This document shows positions 36,537-45,367 of a stretch of DNA of 64,000 bases, piece after piece. Position 1 is the stretch's first letter, and every line of letters starts with the position of its first letter. The notes under the pieces are model-generated. The model was given only the letters and a program-made list of their open reading frames with translations, was not told where the DNA came from and did no database searches. The position numbers and the translations under genes were made by a program. This DNA comes from Bacteroidales bacterium (GTDB lineage Bacteria > Bacteroidota > Bacteroidia > Bacteroidales > WCHB1-69). Where the stretch lies: NCBI GenBank assembly GCA_045222555.1, contig JBGUYY010000068.1:32877-96876 (forward strand), given 5' to 3'.

Positions 36537-37598
36537 ATGTTTTTTTCAGCTGAAAACAGAATCCATTTCGACAACGACTATATGGCGGGCGCGCATCCTG
36601 AAGTGATGCGGCGGCTGGTGGAGACCAATCTGGAATGCACAGTTGGATATGGTTTGGATAACTATAGCGAGGAAGCACGCAACCTGATTCGGACGGCCTG
36701 CGCTGCCCCCAACGCGCTGGTGCAGTTCCTCGTGGGCGGTACCCAGACCAATGCCACGGTCATTGACGCGTTGTTGCGCCGCCACGAAGGCGTGCTGTCA
36801 GCCGACTCCGGGCATATCAACGTACACGAGAGCGGCGCCGTGGAGCATAGCGGACACAAGGTACTGGTGCTTCCCACCCGCAACGGCAAAGTGTCGGCTG
36901 AAGATGTGGAGAACTATCTGCGAACTTTCTATCAGGATGACACTTACGAGCACATGGTGGCACCGGGCATGCTGTACATCACCCAGCCCACCGAGTTGGG
37001 CACCCTCTACTCGCTGGCCGAGCTGGAGGCGTTGAGTGCCTGCTGTCATGCACATCACATCCCGCTCTATCTCGATGGAGCCCGTCTGTGCTACGCGCTC
37101 GGCTCACCCGCCGCTGACTTCACCCTTCCCGATATTGCCCGTCTTTGCGATGTGTTCTATATCGGCGGCACCAAGTGCGGGGCGATGTTCGGCGAGGCAG
37201 TGGTGGCTCCCCATCCGGAGCGGCTGCCCCATTTCTTCCCGTTGGTGAAACAGCACGGCGCGTTGCTCGCAAAAGGTCGCCTACAAGGGGTGCAGTTTGC
37301 CACGCTCTTCTCCCATCATTTATACGAAAAGATTGGAAAAGAGGCTGTTGCGCTTGCTATACGACTGCGTTCCGCCTTTGAAGAGCGGGGGTATAAAGTC
37401 GCCGTCAACTCACTCACCAACCAACAGTTTTTCACCCTTCCGAATGCGGTGGTGGATGCCCTGCTGGAAGTGGCCACCTTCGAGAACTGGGGACCGCGCG
37501 GCGAAACCGAAAGCACCGTCCGTTTCGTCACCAGCTGGTCCACCCGTCCAGAAGATGTTGATAAACTGATATTTGCTCTATCCCAATTATCCCATTAA
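36537..37598 (+). CDS. Threonine aldolase / beta-eliminating lyase family PLP-dependent enzyme
   Basis: 353 aa. Blocks FDNDYMAGAHPEVMRRL...GYGLDNY...GGTQTNA and a GGTKCGA lysine region fit the aldolase/beta-elimination lyase fold. A -7 box lies at 36503..36510. Confidence 0.75.
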   Translation: MFFSAENRIHFDNDYMAGAHPEVMRRLVETNLECTVGYGLDNYSEEARNLIRTACAAPNALVQFLVGGTQTNATVIDALLRRHEGVLSADSGHINVHESGAVEHSGHKVLVLPTRNGKVSAEDVENYLRTFYQDDTYEHMVAPGMLYITQPTELGTLYSLAELEALSACCHAHHIPLYLDGARLCYALGSPAADFTLPDIARLCDVFYIGGTKCGAMFGEAVVAPHPERLPHFFPLVKQHGALLAKGRLQGVQFATLFSHHLYEKIGKEAVALAIRLRSAFEERGYKVAVNSLTNQQFFTLPNAVVDALLEVATFENWGPRGETESTVRFVTSWSTRPEDVDKLIFALSQLSH

Positions 37599-37626
37599 GA
37601 ATCCCAATTATCCCAAATCAACCAAA

Positions 37627-40158
37627 ATGTTCAATATGTCCTCCCGTCGTCACCTCACCCTCATACTGCTGCTATTGCTTGCTGTTTCTGGCTTTGCGCA
37701 GCAGACTTTGCCGTTGACCCAGTGGCGGCTCAGTTGTCCTGACCCTGCCGATACGGCCTTTTCCACCTCGTTAGTGGTCAAGGTGCCGGGCTGCCTCCAC
37801 ACCGACCTTTTCGACCACGGCCTCATCCCTGACCCTTTTTATGGCACCAACGAGGAGTCGCTCCAGTGGCTGTCGGTTGTGCCCTGCACCTACACCTGCG
37901 AGTTCTGGCGCGATGAACTTCCTGCCAAAAAGAATATCGAACTGGTACTAGCGGGCGTTACCGGCTATGCCGAAGTTTTCCTGAACGGCCAACCGCTCGA
38001 ACATCAAGACCATAACAATGTGATGGACAACGCCTACCGCACGTGGCGTTTCCCGCTGGACAAGAAAATCCGTACCTACAACCTTATCGAAGTGCGTTTC
38101 ACGCCTGCACAAAAAATCATTGACCAGCGGAAAGCTGCCGTTCCTTATGCGCTGCCGGAAGAGCGTGCGTGGCTGCGGATGCCGCCCTACCAGTCGGGCT
38201 GGGACTGGGGCCCGAAACTCACCACCTGCGGCATTACGGGGAAAGCGGCCATCGAAAGCTATCCGTGGGCACGACTTCACAGTCCTGATTTTCATTTAAC
38301 GAGCTGGAATAGTGCTACACACGATGTTTATGTCGATCATGCGAAATGGATCCCATCAGGCACTTGTGTGTTTTTGAAAATCAATGACAAACGTGTTTTT
38401 AGAGCAAAATATCGCTTGGGGAGAAAAATAGATGATCTATCCTATTATGGATTTGGCTGCGATCAATATTTCTACAATAAACCCCTTTGGGAGCCTAATG
38501 GTTTGGGAACTCCATATATGAATGATGTGGAATTTATCATCAAGCATGGGCGTAAAAAAGATTCCCTACGGGTTCGTGCAGGTTTCCGTAATGTCAGACT
38601 TCAGCAAATTGAAGATTCTACGGGCATTTCGTTCACTCTTGTTGTGAATGGTTCGCTAGTTTTCGCCAAAGGGGTGAACTGGATTCCCGCCGACTTCTTC
38701 CCGCACAGGATGACCGAAGAGCGTTACCGTGAATTGTTGCAAGCCTGTAAAGATGCGAATGTCAATATGATACGGGTATGGGGAGGGGGTATCTACGAGC
38801 CCGACATTTTCTACGATTTGTGCGATGAGATGGGCATTATGGTATGGCAGGATTTTATGTTTGCCGGCACGCTCTATCCGGGCGATTCCTCTTTTATTCA
38901 AAATGTGCAAAAAGAGGCCATCGAGCAGGTGCTGCGTCTTCGGCGGCACCCGTGCATCGTGCTGTGGTGCGGCAACAATGAGGTGAAAAACGGTTGGGAA
39001 GACTGGGGGTGGAAGAACAACTACACGTCCGAACAGCGCGAGCAGCTCGACCGCGATATGCACTATCTGTTTGATATACTGTTGGCTAATGTCGTTAATA
39101 AGTATGGCGGTGGCGTGCCGTACATCCCCACTTCGCCCCTGTGGGGCTGGGGACATCCCGAATGTTGCACTGAGGGCGACTCCCACTACTGGGGCGTCTG
39201 GTGGGGCGAGCAACCCTTCGAGATGTGGTACAGCAAAACTGGCCGCTTCATGTCGGAGTATGGCTTCCAGAGCTACCCCGACCTCCGCACCCTCCAAACG
39301 GTGATGCCCGACACGGCTCTCCACCTCGGCAGTCCCGAACTGAACAACCATCAGAAGCACGCCCGCGGCGTTCAGATTATCGACAAAGCGATGAACCAGT
39401 ATTTCTATCGTCCTGACAATCTGGAAGATTATGTGTATGTCAGTCAGTTGGTGCAGGCCTACGGCATTGGCATGGCGCTGGAGGAGCACCGCCGCCGCAG
39501 TCCGTACTGTATGGGCACGCTGATGTGGCAGCTCAACGACTGCTGGCCCGTCGCCTCGTGGAGCTGCATCGACTACTACGGACGGCGCAAAGCCCTCTAC
39601 TACGAGATGAAACGGCAGTTCGAGCCGGTCATCATCGCCTGCGACACGATGCAAGACGGCAAACTGCCCATCTATGTCGTGAGCGACCACATGAACGTTG
39701 GCGACACGTTGAAATGCTCCCTCACGTTGAGCCTTTGCCGGATGGACGGTACCGTCATGGATGAAGAAATTACTGACAATCTGGAAGTTTTTGCCAACCG
39801 CCCCGTTCATTTCATTGACTATACTGGTGCGGCGCAACTCGACAGCAACGACCTCCGAAGCTGCTATTTGCGCATCAAATGTCATGATATCACACAGAAA
39901 ATCAAATTCTTCTGTTATCCCGGCGAGCTTAAACTTCCTGAAGCAGAGATTAATGTGCGCCGCATTGACGACAATACAGTGGAGGTCAGCAGCAGCGTGT
40001 TGCAGTACGGCGTGGAGTTGTCGGCCAACGTGGACGGATACTTTGAGGACAACTACTTCATATTGCTGCCGAACGAACCAAAGCGGGTGCATTTCACCCC
40101 GAAAGAGGAAATCAAGGGGAATGTGGTGTTTTCGGTGAAATCTTTTAAAATGCCTTAA
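37627..40158 (+). CDS. GH2 family beta-mannosidase
   Basis: Start set at MFNMSSRRHLTLILLLLLAVSGFAQ (signal peptide). GH2 beta-mannosidase blocks are GVNWIPAD, IRVWGGGIYE, VWQDFMFA, the acid/base CGNNE and the nucleophile region FMSEYGFQS. Confidence 0.9.
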   Translation: MFNMSSRRHLTLILLLLLAVSGFAQQTLPLTQWRLSCPDPADTAFSTSLVVKVPGCLHTDLFDHGLIPDPFYGTNEESLQWLSVVPCTYTCEFWRDELPAKKNIELVLAGVTGYAEVFLNGQPLEHQDHNNVMDNAYRTWRFPLDKKIRTYNLIEVRFTPAQKIIDQRKAAVPYALPEERAWLRMPPYQSGWDWGPKLTTCGITGKAAIESYPWARLHSPDFHLTSWNSATHDVYVDHAKWIPSGTCVFLKINDKRVFRAKYRLGRKIDDLSYYGFGCDQYFYNKPLWEPNGLGTPYMNDVEFIIKHGRKKDSLRVRAGFRNVRLQQIEDSTGISFTLVVNGSLVFAKGVNWIPADFFPHRMTEERYRELLQACKDANVNMIRVWGGGIYEPDIFYDLCDEMGIMVWQDFMFAGTLYPGDSSFIQNVQKEAIEQVLRLRRHPCIVLWCGNNEVKNGWEDWGWKNNYTSEQREQLDRDMHYLFDILLANVVNKYGGGVPYIPTSPLWGWGHPECCTEGDSHYWGVWWGEQPFEMWYSKTGRFMSEYGFQSYPDLRTLQTVMPDTALHLGSPELNNHQKHARGVQIIDKAMNQYFYRPDNLEDYVYVSQLVQAYGIGMALEEHRRRSPYCMGTLMWQLNDCWPVASWSCIDYYGRRKALYYEMKRQFEPVIIACDTMQDGKLPIYVVSDHMNVGDTLKCSLTLSLCRMDGTVMDEEITDNLEVFANRPVHFIDYTGAAQLDSNDLRSCYLRIKCHDITQKIKFFCYPGELKLPEAEINVRRIDDNTVEVSSSVLQYGVELSANVDGYFEDNYFILLPNEPKRVHFTPKEEIKGNVVFSVKSFKMP

Positions 40159-40165
40159 ACAGGGG

Positions 40166-40927
40166 CTATTGCGTATCTTTATCCTTCTCTTGCCAGAAGC
40201 GCCAACTGGCTTCGGCTTGTCCGATCAGCATGGGCAGACCATTGAAGGTGGAGGCACCTTGTACTTTCCCTTTTTGGAGAAAGGTCGTGACTTCCGGGCG
40301 GTAAATCAGATCGATGAGGAGGTGTTGGGGGGTGATGGCAGAGTAGGGAAGTGGCAGACATGCGTTGCAGTCCGCCCCCATGCCCACAGGTGTTGCGTTG
40401 ATGATGAGAGGGTTTTGTTGGATGATATCCGTAGTGATGTCGTTGTATGTGAGACGATTCTGACCTGCAGTCCGTGAAACGAAGGTATAGCAGATGCTGC
40501 GTTGTACCAACGTGTAGGCAACGGCCTTCGCCGCTCCGCCGGTTCCTAATACCAAAGCGTGCTCAGGAATGGGCGTGTTGATGTGGTCTAGCAGGAGGCC
40601 AAATCCTTCGCAGTCGGTGTTGTGCCCTGTCAGCACGATGCGTCCGCCAGCACGATGAATCCTTATCGTGTTCACCGCCCCGATGGCTTGCGCCGCTGGA
40701 GTCAGCTGGTCCATGTATGGAAGTACAGCCTCTTTGAAGGGATGCGTGACATTCAGTCCAACCAGATTCTTCTCCCGTTCTATCAAAAGCGGAAAATCAG
40801 TGATGGATGGAATGGGGAATAATTGGTATACAGCATCTTTTATGTCTTCTCTTTCAAATTTTTTCTGAAAAAAAAGTGGAGAAAGACTTTGTTTGATGGG
40901 GTTTCCGATGAGACCGAAAATGCGCAC
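40166..40927 (-). CDS. aroE: Shikimate dehydrogenase
   Basis: GLIGNPIKQSLSP substrate motif and GTGGAAKAV NADP-binding motif. GTG start. Confidence 0.9.
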   Translation of the reverse strand: MRIFGLIGNPIKQSLSPLFFQKKFEREDIKDAVYQLFPIPSITDFPLLIEREKNLVGLNVTHPFKEAVLPYMDQLTPAAQAIGAVNTIRIHRAGGRIVLTGHNTDCEGFGLLLDHINTPIPEHALVLGTGGAAKAVAYTLVQRSICYTFVSRTAGQNRLTYNDITTDIIQQNPLIINATPVGMGADCNACLPLPYSAITPQHLLIDLIYRPEVTTFLQKGKVQGASTFNGLPMLIGQAEASWRFWQEKDKDTQ

Positions 40928-40929
40928 GG

Positions 40930-41748
40930 TTATTTCGCTTTTTCTTTCTTTTTTCTCATTCCTTTATAAATAAGATAGCCGACAAACAGCACACCCAAAA
41001 TGAGAAGTCCCCACTTAATATATACATAGTATTCTTCGATGAGGGCTTTGTTGCCTTGCAGCACGTAGCCGATGATGGCGAGAATGGTGTTCCAGAGTCC
41101 TGCTCCCAATGCTGTGTAGCCGATGAAGGGGAGGATGGGCATTTTCGACAATCCGGCGGGGATGGAGATGAGCTGTCGAATGCCTGGCACCAACCTTCCA
41201 ACGAAGGTGGAAGAGTTGCCATGTTCCACAAAATAGCTCTCTGCCCTTTCAATCTTTTCTTTGCTGAGCAACAGCAGATGTCCCACTTTGCTGTCGGCGA
41301 ACCAATACACGATGGGGCGGCCCAAGAAGAAGGAGAGGTAGTAGTTGATGAGTGCGCCGATAATGGCACCGAGGGTGGCGAATAGTACGATGATGATGAT
41401 ATTCAGCCAGTTGTATTGGGTTGGATGGATGTTGGACTCTTCATCGCAGGCTTTCCATGCGGCGGGTGGCACCACCACTTCCGAAGGGAATGGGATGAAG
41501 GAACTTTCGATACCCATCAGCAGGGTGACTGTTCCGTAGTTGAGGTGGTCGTAGTACCAATACACCACGCGGTCGGTGATGCCGGTGTCTTTGGCGGGCA
41601 CTACAAAACCGGCATCGTTGTCAGATGCCGGTTTTGAAAGGTTTTCTTTTTGTTGTACATTGTCGGCTTGCGCGCAAGCTGTAGTGTGTAAGTTCAGGAA
41701 AATGCTGCAGGCAATAAATGCGACAAGCAGAGGCAGGTGTCGTTTCAT
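40930..41748 (-). CDS. DedA family membrane protein
   Basis: Core motifs ESSFIPFPSEVV and FVGRLVPGIRQLISIPAG. N-terminal signal-like extension. Ends 2 nt before aroE. Confidence 0.85.
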   Translation of the reverse strand: MKRHLPLLVAFIACSIFLNLHTTACAQADNVQQKENLSKPASDNDAGFVVPAKDTGITDRVVYWYYDHLNYGTVTLLMGIESSFIPFPSEVVVPPAAWKACDEESNIHPTQYNWLNIIIIVLFATLGAIIGALINYYLSFFLGRPIVYWFADSKVGHLLLLSKEKIERAESYFVEHGNSSTFVGRLVPGIRQLISIPAGLSKMPILPFIGYTALGAGLWNTILAIIGYVLQGNKALIEEYYVYIKWGLLILGVLFVGYLIYKGMRKKKEKAK

Positions 41749-41767
41749 TCGGCTTTCTGCTATCAGA

Positions 41768-42943
41768 TTATTGGAGTTCTGCAGGAATTTCTTTCTTGAG
41801 TTGCAGACCGGTTTGTCTCAGAATGTTGTTGTTGGTCTGGTCGTTCTTGTTGAGTGAGTATGACTTGAGTGCCCATGTGTAGGCTTTATCCATAGCCACC
41901 TCTTGTTCGGCTTTGTATTTGTCAACAAGTTTGAGACGATCATCCATGCTGAGTTCTTTATGTGACATGGCGCCATTGGAGAGGGTTCCCAGTTCAGCGG
42001 CTTGCATGAAGTAATTGTATGCGACCATGCTGTTGAGGGCAAAACTTTCGGGGTTATGGACCAGTGCGGAATCCAGCAGTTCAGAGGCTTTTTCGAATCC
42101 TTTTGCATCTACGAGATAGTTGGCGCAGTCGGCCATGACAGCGGTGTCTTTCGTATATTTCATGACATTCTTGAGGCATTTCTCCAGTTGTGTGGAATCG
42201 CCGGTGGCGACAAGGTAGCCGAGTTCAAGTGCGTAGATATTGCCTCTTTTTTCCTTGTCCACATATTTTTTGGCTGCTTTGAGAATTTCACCGCATTTTA
42301 CGGTATCTTTGGCATTTCTGTACATGTTGTATGCAATGCGGTAGATCACATCGTAGTTGGTGTTGATGGCGATGGCGTCGTCAATAGCTGCTTTTTGTGC
42401 AGCTTCGTCATTCTCATTACGTCCGATTTGCCAGAGGAAGTAATAGGCATAGCTGATGTATACTTTCATGCTTTCATCTGCACGGAATGCTTTTGCAGCA
42501 TCGGAAAGATATTTTTTGGCTTTTGCGTAGTCTTGTTTGTTGAAGGCATCCATACCTATGGTATACATCTCGCTGCCACAGCTCACCTGACCATTTTTCG
42601 GATCTACAAGGCCGTTGATGGTCTCAAGTTTGGGGTTGATCTCCAAAGCTTTATAGAAGCTTTCATAAGCCGTGAAGATGGCATCCGGATAGCGGGTGAC
42701 GTATTCGGGGTTTTTCTTCACACGTTCTTTGTCACGTTCGTAAATTCTCAGATACACGTTGCCGCGGTACAACCATGCGGTGGCATCGTTCTGATAAGTG
42801 GAGATTTGCATGCATTCTTCAATTTTCTTTTGCGCTCCCGCGATGTTGTTGTTTTGGAGCAGCAGCCAAACGTCGTTCACGTTCTGTGCATTCAGACTGA
42901 TGGCGAGGATGCTGACAAGCGCTGCTAAGAATAACTTTTTCAT
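41768..42943 (-). CDS. Secreted TPR-like repeat protein
   Basis: Signal peptide MKKLFLAALVSILAISLNAQ. Helical-repeat composition throughout, with AxxYY/W..G.. TPR-like periodicity. Confidence 0.6.
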   Translation of the reverse strand: MKKLFLAALVSILAISLNAQNVNDVWLLLQNNNIAGAQKKIEECMQISTYQNDATAWLYRGNVYLRIYERDKERVKKNPEYVTRYPDAIFTAYESFYKALEINPKLETINGLVDPKNGQVSCGSEMYTIGMDAFNKQDYAKAKKYLSDAAKAFRADESMKVYISYAYYFLWQIGRNENDEAAQKAAIDDAIAINTNYDVIYRIAYNMYRNAKDTVKCGEILKAAKKYVDKEKRGNIYALELGYLVATGDSTQLEKCLKNVMKYTKDTAVMADCANYLVDAKGFEKASELLDSALVHNPESFALNSMVAYNYFMQAAELGTLSNGAMSHKELSMDDRLKLVDKYKAEQEVAMDKAYTWALKSYSLNKNDQTNNNILRQTGLQLKKEIPAELQ

Positions 42944-42983
42944 GATGATAATGATTAAAAGGTTATTGTTTTATTCTGATTGA

Positions 42984-44168
42984 TTATTCCAATTGTTTGA
43001 TTTTCTGGTCGATGGCGTTAGCTTTGTCGTCTTGGAGAAGTCGGAGGTAAATTTGTTTGAGTCTTTTGAGTACGGTGAGGTCGTTGGGGGTGCCGATGAG
43101 GGCTGCTTCGAAGTATTCTGCCGCACGGGCAAGGTATTCATCGCTTTTCTTGCGTAATGTCGGATAGACATTCTCTTTGTCGTTGAGTTTAATCTTTTCA
43201 GCTTCGAGGTAGGTGCGTTCTCCAAGGTTGGAGCAGCACACGCCGAGGTTGTGTGCGATGGTGCTGTTGTCGGGAGACTGGCGGTAAGCCTTTACCAGCA
43301 GCTGTTCGGCCTCTTCATACATGTCGTTTTTGATGTAGAGGTTGGCTGCGCTGATGGCGCTTTCGGGCGAGCGTACCACGGAAGCGGGAAGGTTTTTCAG
43401 TTTTTCAATACCTTTGTTAGTATCTCCCATCCAGAAATAGTAATCGGCTTCAGCCACACGGAGGGAAGCGCTTTCTGGATCTTTTTGTAAACCTTTGGAA
43501 ATTAAATTGTAAACACCGTCTTTGTCGCCGGCTTCTTTATAACTATCTACCAATCCTACAAAAACATTGGCATTTTCTGAACCGTCGTCCAGCGATTTTT
43601 GGAAATAGATGCGGGCGTTGGCGGGGTCATCCAGCATCGTATAGACATAGGCGCAGTAGTAGTAAAGTTCTCCTTTCAGGGGGTAGGAGGGCGGAGTCTT
43701 AAGCTCGTAGCTGTCAACGGCGAGGAGAAGCGCATCACGGGCGGCCTCGAAATTCTTGGCGGTCATCTCATCCACTCCTTCAATGAAGAGCATCGGGTAC
43801 ATCACCGGCATGGCCTGGAAGGGAGAGTACATGTCGGTGGCCTCGATGTTTTTGTTGAGTTCCTCCGCTTTTTTGAAGGCCTTGTACGAATCGCGGGCTG
43901 CCGTGGGGTATTCGTATTTATAGTTGGCATCTTTCACCCGTTGGTTGTATTCATTCAAGGCAAGGTTGTATTCAATGTTGGCCTTGTAGAGCCATGTGTT
44001 GGCTTTCCCTGCATATTTCTCATCTTTAATACACTCGTCAATACACTCCTTGGCCTTCACAAAATCTTTCTCATAATAAAGATTGTAGGCGCGCATGGGC
44101 GTGTTCTTCTGTGCCATCACCGAGAGGGTGACGATGGAGAAGAGGAGGATCAGTGCTGTGCGTTTCAT
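42984..44168 (-). CDS. Secreted TPR-like repeat protein (distant tandem paralogue of the previous gene)
   Basis: Signal peptide MKRTALILLFSIVTLSVMAQ. It shares N-terminal logic with the neighbour (KAKECIDECIK...ANTWLYKANIEY versus AQKKIEECMQ...ATAWLYRGNVYL). A -7 box lies at 44188..44195. Confidence 0.6.
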   Translation of the reverse strand: MKRTALILLFSIVTLSVMAQKNTPMRAYNLYYEKDFVKAKECIDECIKDEKYAGKANTWLYKANIEYNLALNEYNQRVKDANYKYEYPTAARDSYKAFKKAEELNKNIEATDMYSPFQAMPVMYPMLFIEGVDEMTAKNFEAARDALLLAVDSYELKTPPSYPLKGELYYYCAYVYTMLDDPANARIYFQKSLDDGSENANVFVGLVDSYKEAGDKDGVYNLISKGLQKDPESASLRVAEADYYFWMGDTNKGIEKLKNLPASVVRSPESAISAANLYIKNDMYEEAEQLLVKAYRQSPDNSTIAHNLGVCCSNLGERTYLEAEKIKLNDKENVYPTLRKKSDEYLARAAEYFEAALIGTPNDLTVLKRLKQIYLRLLQDDKANAIDQKIKQLE

Positions 44169-44187
44169 ATATTATTTTTAAAGTTTG

Positions 44188-44195
44188 CAAAAATA
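44188..44195 (-). promoter_or_regulatory. -7 box TATTTTTG, immediately preceded by an A10 tract
   Basis: Lies 19 nt upstream of the TPR gene ATG at 44168. The homopolymer is at 44198..44207. Confidence 0.5.
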
Positions 44196-44216
44196 CATTT
44201 TTTTTTTGAATCGCCA

Positions 44217-45350
44217 TCAACGTTTTCCAGCATAGAGGTCATAACGGAGAAACTTGCACTCCAAGGCGCCGTTGTAGAGGGTTGTTTTTTTGGATGGATG
44301 AAGTCCTATGTGTTTGATAGCTTGCATGTTGGAGCTGATGATGTGGGCGGTGCATCCCGCATATTTTTGCTTGAGGGTATCGCCGATTTCAGTATAGAAT
44401 TCTTCAATCTCTTCCATGTCGAGGCGTTCGCCATAGGGCGGATTAAAGATGAGAACGGAAGGAACGCGTTTGGGCTGGGTGTCGCGCATAGCTTTCCGGA
44501 AGAGGTGTATGAAGTCGGAGAGGCGTGCGGCTTTCACGTTGGCCTCTGCCATGCCGAGGAAGCGGGCGGAGATGTCAGATCCGTAGAAGTTGACGGGCAC
44601 GTCGTCGAGGATGTCGGCCTCATCGGTGATGCGGTGCCACAGCTTGCGGTCGAAGTTTTTCCACCGTTCGAAGCCGTAATGGTCGCGGAAGAAGCCGGCG
44701 GGGATATGGAGGGCCTGCATGGCGGCCTCGATGAGGATGGTGCCGGAGCCGCACATCGGGTCGATTAGGTCGCAGTCGGCCTGCCAGCCCGATAGTTTCA
44801 CCATGGCGGCGGCCACTACCTCGCTGATCTGTGCCGGGTGGGTGGAGACGCGGTATCCGCGCTTGTGCAGCGACTCGCCGGAACTGTCGAGGAAGAGTGC
44901 GGCGTGGTTGTTGTAGATGTGGAGGTGGAACTGCACGTCGGGATTCTCCTTGTCCACCGAGGGGCGCTGGTCGAACTTGTCGCGGAAACGGTCGCACACG
45001 GCATCTTTGGCCAACTGTGCGGCAAACAGCGGCGTGCGGAACATCGTGCCGCTCATGGTGACGCTGAAAGCCAGCGTGTCGGAGGCATCCATCAGCTTTT
45101 CGGCAGGATACTTGAAAATCTGCTCATAAAACTGTTTGTTGTCGCGGAAGGTGAACTCGTGCACCTGCCACAGGATGCGTAGGGCATAGCGGCAGAAGTA
45201 GTTAGCGCGGTACATCATCGCCAGGTCGCCCTCGAACTCCACGGCTCTTGTGCCAACCTGACAGTTGGACGCTCCCATCGCAATGAGTTCTTCTTTTAGA
45301 ATCTCCTCTAAACCGGCGTATGTTTTGGCAACAAATTTTTCTGAATCCAT
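44217..45350 (-). CDS. THUMP-domain class I SAM-dependent RNA methyltransferase
   Basis: N-terminal THUMP-like region, the SAM motif DPMCGSGTILIEA and the catalytic NPPYGERL. Confidence 0.85.
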   Translation of the reverse strand: MDSEKFVAKTYAGLEEILKEELIAMGASNCQVGTRAVEFEGDLAMMYRANYFCRYALRILWQVHEFTFRDNKQFYEQIFKYPAEKLMDASDTLAFSVTMSGTMFRTPLFAAQLAKDAVCDRFRDKFDQRPSVDKENPDVQFHLHIYNNHAALFLDSSGESLHKRGYRVSTHPAQISEVVAAAMVKLSGWQADCDLIDPMCGSGTILIEAAMQALHIPAGFFRDHYGFERWKNFDRKLWHRITDEADILDDVPVNFYGSDISARFLGMAEANVKAARLSDFIHLFRKAMRDTQPKRVPSVLIFNPPYGERLDMEEIEEFYTEIGDTLKQKYAGCTAHIISSNMQAIKHIGLHPSKKTTLYNGALECKFLRYDLYAGKR

Positions 45351-45367
45351 GGTGATAAATGTAGGGG

